DNA of 64,000 bases from the human T2T-CHM13v2.0 reference genome, Homo sapiens. The translations under genes and the position numbers were made by a program. The stretch is taken from NCBI RefSeq assembly GCF_009914755.1, contig NC_060944.1; one strand, written 5' to 3'. Below are positions 55,749-64,000 of this stretch, in pieces. The notes beneath the pieces are model-generated. The model made no database searches and was not told the DNA's origin. It saw only the letters and a program-made list of their open reading frames with translations. Numbering within the stretch: the first letter of the stretch is position 1; each line of letters opens with the position of its first letter.

Positions 55749-56010
55749 TTTTTTTCTTTTTTTCTGAGGCAGTGTCTCCCTTTGTCTCCCAGGCTGGAGT
55801 GCAGTGGCACCATCTCAGCTCCTACATCAGCCTCCCAAGTAGCTGGGACTACAGGCATATGCCACCACACCTGTCTAATTTTCCTTATTTTTTGTAGAGA
55901 TGAGATCTTTCTGTGTTACCCAGGCTGGTCTTAAACTCCTGGGCTCAAGCAATCCTTCCACCTCGGCCTCCCAAAGTGCTGGGATTATAGGCATGAGCTG
56001 CCTCGCCTGC
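55749..56010 (-). mobile_element. AluJ-like with internal deletion
   Basis: Antisense dimer missing part of the right arm. Confidence 0.9.
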
Positions 56011-56123
56011 CAGAATAGTGGGTTTTTAATACGGTGTTTACCTCTTCTTATTGTTTTGCAAGAACTCTTTGTATATTAAGGATAGTAATTCTTTCTAAGA
56101 GTCTTATAATTGACTATAAAAGT

Positions 56124-56183
56124 CTCCCTCCCTCCCTCCTTCCCCTCCCTCCCTCCCTTCCTTCCTTCCTTCCTTCCTTCCTT
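56124..56183. repeat. (CCCT)n-(CTTC)6 polypyrimidine tract
   Basis: Read directly. Confidence 0.9.
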
Positions 56184-56269
56184 TTGTTCCCTTCTGCTTT
56201 CTAAGGATATGCCTGGTGTTTGGCAAGCATTGCATGAATTACATTAGGAAATAACTTTTGTAACAAACC

Positions 56270-56640
56270 CATTTAACAACCATTCTTTGTTCCCCGCCTC
56301 CTGATAATGCTCAGAGCCACAGCAACAGCCTTTGCCCAACTCCATGTCATTAACCCTTGATCTTTTCCTGCTGAATAGCAGATTGCTTTCCGGGGCTGGC
56401 AACACAGTTTCATTTTCACCTTCCTGCTGATGGAACTGCCCTGGCTCTGTGCCAGATGGCTGTTTACATAAGAAATGATTTGATTATATTGCACAGCCAA
56501 TGGCAGCCTTTCTCAGAATAAAGAAGCCAGAAACATATAATCAAAGCCATTAACTGTGTACAAAGAAACGCAGCCCACTCTAAATTTCCCACCAACCATA
56601 ATCACAGTTTTCCAGAGAAAAATAAGAACAGGGTTATGGT
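56270..56640. promoter_or_regulatory. Candidate enhancer (ISRE, GAS, NFI, FOX, TCF motifs)
   Basis: AGTTTCATTTTC 56406; TGGCtctgtGCCA 56442; TGTTTAC 56461; TTCTCAGAA 56510; ATCAAAG 56540. Confidence 0.4.
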
Positions 56641-56887
56641 TCCCTACTAAAAACGTGTTAGGGGAAAGACTTTTAAAAGGAAATTGTGGTATAGCTCAGT
56701 TGCACTCTCAGATCAACCCTTGAGCCTTGACTCCAATCCCAGCTCTGTAACTCACTGTCCTTGTGACCTTGGAAAAGTCGTTTACTGCCAAAAGCCTCCG
56801 TTTCTTTATTGTAAAATGGCTATAATAGTAATATCAACCTCAGAGGTTTACGAGAGGATTAAGTGAGATAGTGCATAAGAACACTTT

Positions 56888-57440
56888 CTCAGTCAGAATG
56901 TTTTCAGCCGCAAGGAGCAGAACACTTGACTAAAGGAGGGAAAAAAAAGCTAGAGGACTTATAATTTTATTTAACAGGGTTGTTTCATTTGGAGGCATAA
57001 AGATGTAACCAGTGATTCACATTCTTTTCTTCTTCCTGCTATGCCATTCTCAGCAATTTATGGACATGTCTCCTCATGGTTTCAAGACAGCTGCTGTGGC
57101 TCCAGGCATCACACTGGGACATGATAAAATCAAGCAAAGAGGAGGAGGGCATTTTTTCCCCTGTGTCTCCTTTCATGATGGAGAAAATTGTTCCCAAATT
57201 TCCCCCCTGCAGATCTGCAGACTTCTTATTGGCCAAGATGGCGTTACATCTATAATTCCAAACCAGTCACTGATGGAGGAATGAGAATGACTGCAGTTGG
57301 CTTGGACCTATAACTCACTCTGAAGCCGGGGCGAGGAATAGCCACCGTCCCTGAGCTCCTGAGTAGATGCACAACCAACAAAACTGAATCCCGTCAGCGA
57401 AGGAGTCATGGGTGGGCAACCCGTGCTGTGTCTACCATAA
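56888..57440 (-). mobile_element. MLT1 fragment
   Basis: cagtcagaatgttttcagccgcaagg...ctcatggtttcaagacagctgctgtggctccaggcatcaca. Confidence 0.65.
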
Positions 57441-60118
57441 GCACAACTCCTGGTGCTCATGAGGTGCCCCCAAAGGCTGGCATTTGGCAAGCTCAAGACT
57501 GGGAGTCCACACAGTGCTCCAGGTGGGAGGATCACAACCGCGATTGGCCAGGGAGTCCCTCTGGGTGCCAGACCCCTGTATGCAAAGCCCCACTCAGCAT
57601 CTCCACTTGATTGGCTTATGGGAACCTCAAATCCAACACACTATATTTGAACTCATCATATTTCCTCCCCACTGGCCTCCTCTGTTGGTACCCACCTTGC
57701 TCAAGCCAGAAGCTGGCTGGTCCTCAGGAGTCCCTGCTTTCCTTCCCCATCTGTGCCCACGTCTCTCCAGCTCTGCCATCATCTTCCACCTGGACACCAA
57801 CCAAGCCCCCGCTCTCCCTGCTGCTGTGTGGGCATCAACAGCCTATGCTGTTCCCTCTGAACGGAACTCTTCCCGCTCCTGTTTCCCTGTCACCTTGCTC
57901 AGGAAAGCTCTTCTGATCCCCCCAAGTTGAATCCCTCATTACAAACCTCACATCCTGACATACATCTCTCCATTGCCCTGATCATACTTCTTATTTACCT
58001 GTGTGATTATTTCACTCATGTCTCACCCCACCAGGTTGCAGCTCCATGAGGGTGGGAATTGGGTCTGTTTTGTTCACTGATAACCTTCAGTGCCTGACAC
58101 ATAGTAGGGCCTCAATTTTATTCCTGAATCCCATAAATGAATAAATTCATCCCCTGCCCTGTGGCCAGGGAGATCACTCTAAGAAGCAAATCTAATCACT
58201 CCCTCTCCTGCCATAAGCCTTCCATGGCTCCCCTTTACCCACAGGACAAAGTCTAAAGGGCTTAACCTGGCTCTTTCAGGCTCCTCAAAGTGGATTCTGC
58301 CACCTCTCCAGCCCCATCTCACCTGCCCCATTGTCCTTTACGGTCCAGCCACCCTCTACTCCTTTAGGTGTCTCAAAGTCTGCATGTTCTCTCCTATCCC
58401 TGGATTTGCCTATATGCTATGTTTCTCCCGGAAACTTTGTCTCAAAAAATCTTCATTCTCATTGCCAAGGCTTTAAAATTTGCCTCTTTTGGGGAAGGTT
58501 TAGTTCTGTAAGCTCATTCTGGAAATCTGGGTTCCTTCTATCTAGCTGTTGTCATCCTCAGTCCATAGCTTCCAGTCAAGTCCAAAACAGCTGCTATAGC
58601 TTCTCCGTCACATCTACGTTCCAGGCAGTGGGGAGAGAGAAAGGGTCATTCCTCTTAAGGGCATGACTCAGAAGCAGTGCTATCACTTCTACTCAATCCC
58701 ATTGGCTGGAGCTCAGTCATATGACCATGCCTAACTGCAAAGGAGGCCGGGAAATAGAATCACTATCTGCCGATTATGTTAGCATGTTTCCCACTAATGC
58801 TCCAAAATTCTCTCAGTATGAGAAAAAAGCTGATGGATGTTGGTGGACACTGATGGTCCTGCCACACTCACCCCCACAGTGCCAGTCATGGACTTATCTC
58901 TGCCCAGCCAGACTGTGAGCTCCCTAAGGACAGGGACCATATATGGTGGTCATTGCAGCATCCCCTGCAACTCACAGAGTGCTGGTTGTGACATATGGCA
59001 AATCAGAGTGAATTGCAGAGGCCGGAAATACAAGGTGGAGAAACTGAGGCAGGCACCAGTTGAGTTCCACACACATTTTCTGGGTGCTGATTACACATAA
59101 GAACCCTGGGCTTGGTCCCGGTGCCTGGGGGGCAGCAACACTTGTCTGGCCTGGCAGTGTCCCCAAAAGCACCCAGTTGGGGGCTGCAAGGCCCCACCCG
59201 GTGGGGAAGCTGCAGAAACAGAGCAGAGTCCACAGTCAGAACAGGAGGCGCCACAAGGGCCTACAGGTAAGGCAGGTCCCAGGCCCTCAGCCCACCTGGC
59301 CCTGGCCCTGCTGCACTCTTGGCCACTCCCCAACATTATCTGGCCTTGGGCCCAGCCCTGAGCACCTGCCCTTCCCTGCTCTCCCGAGAGGCCTGAGCTG
59401 GGGTTCCCCTCCCCTGTCGGCTGCCGTGGGAAAGGCCTTATGGTAGCTCTCAAGGTCCAAGTTCCAGCCTCAACAGCTGCCGTACTTGCTATTCCCTCTG
59501 GCCAGACCTCCCTTCCGTGCTGCTCTAGCTTCTCCTGCTCTCAGCTTAGACGGCACCTCCTCACTGTCTCCAAAGACCACCGCCCACCCCGGTGCCTCTC
59601 CACCACATTGTGCATCTTGTTGCTTCCCAGCATGGGTCTGTGTGGGGTCGTAGGGGAATCCTGCTCTTGTTCATTCATTTGTTGGCTTCTTTGCTCGCTG
59701 TCTCCCCCAGTAGAGACATGGACATTTTCTGTCTTGTTTTCCACTGTATCCAGAGCCTAGCCCAGGGCCTGGCACCTAGTAGGTGTTCAGGTAATATCTA
59801 TGGACTACCTACATACACACACAGTGAGGAAAGACAAGAGAATTAGCACTCACTGCACTCGTATGACATGCCAGCGCATGCGTTGTTCACTCTGAGGCCC
59901 ACGACATCATTGCCTGGTTGGAATCATTATCTCCATTTCACAGTGGAGGAAACTGAGACTCAGAGAAATGAAGTGACTCGACCGAGGTTACGCCAATAGG
60001 AAGGGCCAAGTCTCAGACGGGGGGGGATATTTATAACGAAATGCAAAGATCTTGGAGGAGGGGGTGGATTCTTGGTTGTACACATCGATCAAAGCTCATC
60101 AAACTGTACAGTTGAAAT

Positions 60119-60328
60119 CAGAGGTTCTCAACCAAGCATGGTTTTACCCCCAGGAGACATTCAGCAAAGTGCAGAGACATTTGGTCATCATGGGGGTAAG
60201 CAATGCTACTGGCATCTCGTGGGTAGAGGCCAGAGATGCCGCTCAACATCCTACAGTGCCCAGGACAGCCGCCACAGCAAAGAATTATCTGACCCAAAAT
60301 GTCAGTAGTGCTAGGTTGAGAAACTCTG
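60119..60328 (+). mobile_element. MER20
   Basis: cagaggttctcaacc...tgctactggcatctcgtgggtagaggccag...gaattatctgacccaaaatgtcagtagtgc...gttgagaaactctg. Confidence 0.92.
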
Positions 60329-60583
60329 CTTTGAAGGAATGTAGTTTACTGAACACAAATTATGTACTCCATTTATTAAGGCATAATCAATGCATTTTTT
60401 GTAAAATAGAAAAAATAGAAAAGAACTAACATAATTGGAAAAGAAAGGAACCAACTAAGTACAAAACAATGGCCACATAATTTAAAAAGGCAAAGAACAG
60501 ATCAGAAAATACAAAGAGCCTATATGTAAATGACAAGGGGCTCCACCTTAATACTAATAAGGGAAATTCAAATTATAACAAAA

Positions 60584-60827
60584 AGCTGGGGGGTTGCCTC
60601 ATGTCTGTAATCCCAGCTCTTTGGGATGCTGAGTTAGGAGAATCACTTGAAGCCAGGAGTTTGGGAGCAGCCTGGGCAACATAGTGAGACCCCATCTCTA
60701 CAAAAATTTAAAAATTAGCTAGGTGTGGTGGCGTGAGTCTGTAGTCCCAGCTTCTCAGGAGGCTGAGGCAGGAGGATCGCTTGAGCCCAGGAGTTTGAGG
60801 CTGCAGTGAGCTATAGCTAAAAAAAAA
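60584..60827 (+). mobile_element. AluJ-like, 3' shortened
   Basis: TSD aaattataacaaaaa / aaattacaacaaaaa. Confidence 0.9.
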
Positions 60828-60879
60828 ATTACAACAAAAATAATCACAATGGGAAAAAATTTTTTTAAATGACAGATGG

Positions 60880-61173
<294 letters not shown>

Positions 61174-63052
61174 GACAGCTAGGCTGGTGAGTGTGGGGGA
61201 AGTAGGCCCTCTCATCCTCTCCTTTGTGGATGGAGGGAGTGCAAACTGGCAAAGCCCTGGCGGTGGTGTGGTAGCACTTTGCATCATTTGTCTAGCAATC
61301 CCAGTTGTGCAGAAATACACATGCGCTCAGAGAGCTGTGTGCGGATGCTCACTGTGGTATTGTTTATAATAGTGAAGTTTAGGCTGGAAAACTAAATATC
61401 AATGAAATCAATGAACGTGGAATTAGGTAAATAAACCATGGTGCATTCATGCCATGGAATACTATGTAGCAGATCAAAATGATAAGGCAAATCTCTACAC
61501 ACATAGTTAGGCGGAACAAAAAAAGCGGGCTGCAAAACCACATTTGCAATCTGTTTCGAATCAGGTGGCACAAAAGAAATCCAGGGCCCAGGCCGCTAGC
61601 GCTTGCCATCATTCATCACCCCTTCTCCCCACTTTTGAATGGGGCGGCAATGCGCCCAAGTGAAATAAGACCTCCCCAGCCTCCCCTGAAACCACGCGGG
61701 TGCAATGTAGTAGCCATGAGACCCAGAGCGCACACACTTTGTCCCTTCCCTGCCCTCTTGCCTTGCTGAGAAGCAACCCTCTTGAGCCAGGAGTTTGAAA
61801 GTCACATACCAACATGGGAGACCAGGAAGCTGGTCATTGGTGATGTCCCTGAACAAGCCTACAAGCCCAGACTTGCTCACCTCTAGACTTCTTTTTACAC
61901 AAGAGAAGTGAACTCCCATTGGGTGAAACCCTGGTGTTTGTTATTTTTTACTTGCAGCCAAGTGCAATTTCAGAGGCAGCAAACTCACTGGGGAGGAGGA
62001 CGGTTGAGTCTTCTGCAACAGAACTGTATTCAAGTGTCATTTACATAGTTAAGACTTTTCTAAAATAAATCAATACATCAAATAAAGCCTGTCTGGCTAG
62101 AGTCTGTGGGACTCTTGCTGTTTCTTTCAAAAAGTGTTTGTTGATTGGCTCAGGTCCCTCTCAACCCAGGCAAAAATGCCAAGGGGAAGATGGAGGGACA
62201 TCGAGGGGTTTCCCTGTGACCTGCTGAAGGAGAGGTTGGAATGCTGTTTTCTTAGGAAAAGCTCCATTTTCCTGGTAAGAGGACTAGCGCCTGAGTCTCT
62301 CACTCCAGGGAGGCTCAGGGGTCAGTCCAACCAGCCCAACCCGGGCTGCCCCTATCATAATTGGTGACCCTCTAGCCTAGACATGCTAGCCTCCAGGCAG
62401 TGACCTGGCTGTCTCTCCCACCTGTTTGTCCTCTTCCCAGAAGGAGGATGCTCCCTTTATCTCAGGCCAAAGTACCCCCCTCACCCTCCCAGGGAAGGGG
62501 AGGAATGCCACCTGTCATCACGGGATGGGTGAGTCACCTCTTACTGGCTGGAGGCCATAGCCAGCCCAACCTCTCTCTTTTGCCCCCTAGCTCTCCCCTG
62601 TGGGTGGGGAACGATGGGAATATCACCCTAAAAATCGTGACAGCAACAGCTGCCATCTCTGTGGCATGGAACCTGTCACTGGAAGCTTGAGTGCACAGCC
62701 CTGGGTTCCAAGCCCAGCTCTCATGTTCTAACCTGGTGATCTGGGGGGAGTCACCCCTTCCTGATCCCCATTTATGCATTTGGCAAACGTTTATTATGCA
62801 AGCACTCTGAACCGGGCAGGGGGTGCTGAGGATGCCACAACGAACACCCCGAAACAATCCTGCCCTGTGGAACCCATTAGGTAGAGACGTTCAAAACTAA
62901 CAATAATGATAATGTTAATAAATTTTAAAATTCCGAGTGTCAATTGGTGATGATGTCACAGAGAGAAGGGGCGAGGAGTGCTGGTGCAGAGGTCTTGTTC
63001 ATGTAAGCAGGTGGTCTAGGACGCCCTGAGATACTTTGAAAATGGAGGAAAG

Positions 63053-63353
<301 letters not shown>

Positions 63354-64000
63354 TGGGGGGAAGACCTGGAGGAGGTGAGAGAGGGAGGCTTGTGGTTCTC
63401 TCAGGGCACAGAGTCTCAGGAAGAGAGAACAGCAAGTACAAAGGTCCTGAGGCTGCCGTGTGACTGATGTGTTCCAGGAGCAGGGAGGAGGCCAGTGTGG
63501 CTGGAAGGAAGATGCCAGAAAGGCAGAGTGGGGGTGTACTACCACACGGGATTTAGGGACACTGCCAGGACCTTGTCTTTGACTGTGGGTGACATGGGAG
63601 CCAGAGGAGGGTGTTGAGCAGAGGAGAGATGTGATCCGACTTCCTTTGGGTAGCAAGACAATGATGGAATGGGGGAGGTAGTTCGGAAGCCATGGCAACA
63701 ATCCAAGCACACACACTCATGCCAGGGCGGGGCTGCGGACCTTGGAGGGTGGTAGGATCCTGGATGCAGGCTGTGGATGGGAGGTGGTGGGGCAGAGGCT
63801 AGAGAAAGAGAAGAGTCAATGAGGACACTCAGGTGTTTGGCCTGAGCCCCTGGAAGGAGAGAGGTGCCACTTTCAGAGGCAAAGACGATGCAGGAGAGGT
63901 AGGATCCTGCTGGAGGAGGCGTTTGGTTTCTTACCTGGGATGTCCGAGATGCCTGTTAGGCATATTGAGTCGTAGCTGGATATTCAAGACTGAGTTCAAG
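63354..64000 (-). mobile_element. L2 fragment
   Basis: caaaggtcctgaggc...ggaggccagtgtggctgga...gagatgcctgttaggcat. Confidence 0.8.

Overview
Primate, almost certainly human, GC-rich non-coding DNA. No protein-coding gene is supported: every ORF in the track is a repeat, microsatellite or chance frame. Much of the window is interspersed repeats: about 19 Alus, many MIR/L2, old L1M fragments, one 5'-inverted L1PA, MaLR/ERVL solo LTRs (MSTD, THE1, MLT2, MLT1) and DNA transposons (five MER20, MER58A, Tigger4, Charlie). The one clear RNA gene is a decayed tRNA-Leu(AAG) at 25423-25504 (-), which I recognise as TRL-AAG6-1 on 20q13.13, between CEBPB and PTPN1. Anchoring on it, remembered (unverified) coordinates place LINC01271 (-) at ~329-10960 and the 3' end of LINC01270 (+) at ~4540; AATAAA signals occur just upstream of both predicted ends. 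The best leads are: (1) a tRNA-Leu/Alu head-to-tail unit with no terminator between them and a possible shared target-site duplication; (2) a 166-bp local duplication carrying an exon-like cassette; (3) a second 66-bp local duplication; (4) a RUNX/ETS/MARE-dense enhancer-like block at 28.2-28.85 kb; (5) a MER20 cluster. I do not see evidence for a wholly new biological system; these are modest, testable oddities. Repeat subfamily names come from recalled consensus sequences and boundaries of old repeats are approximate.
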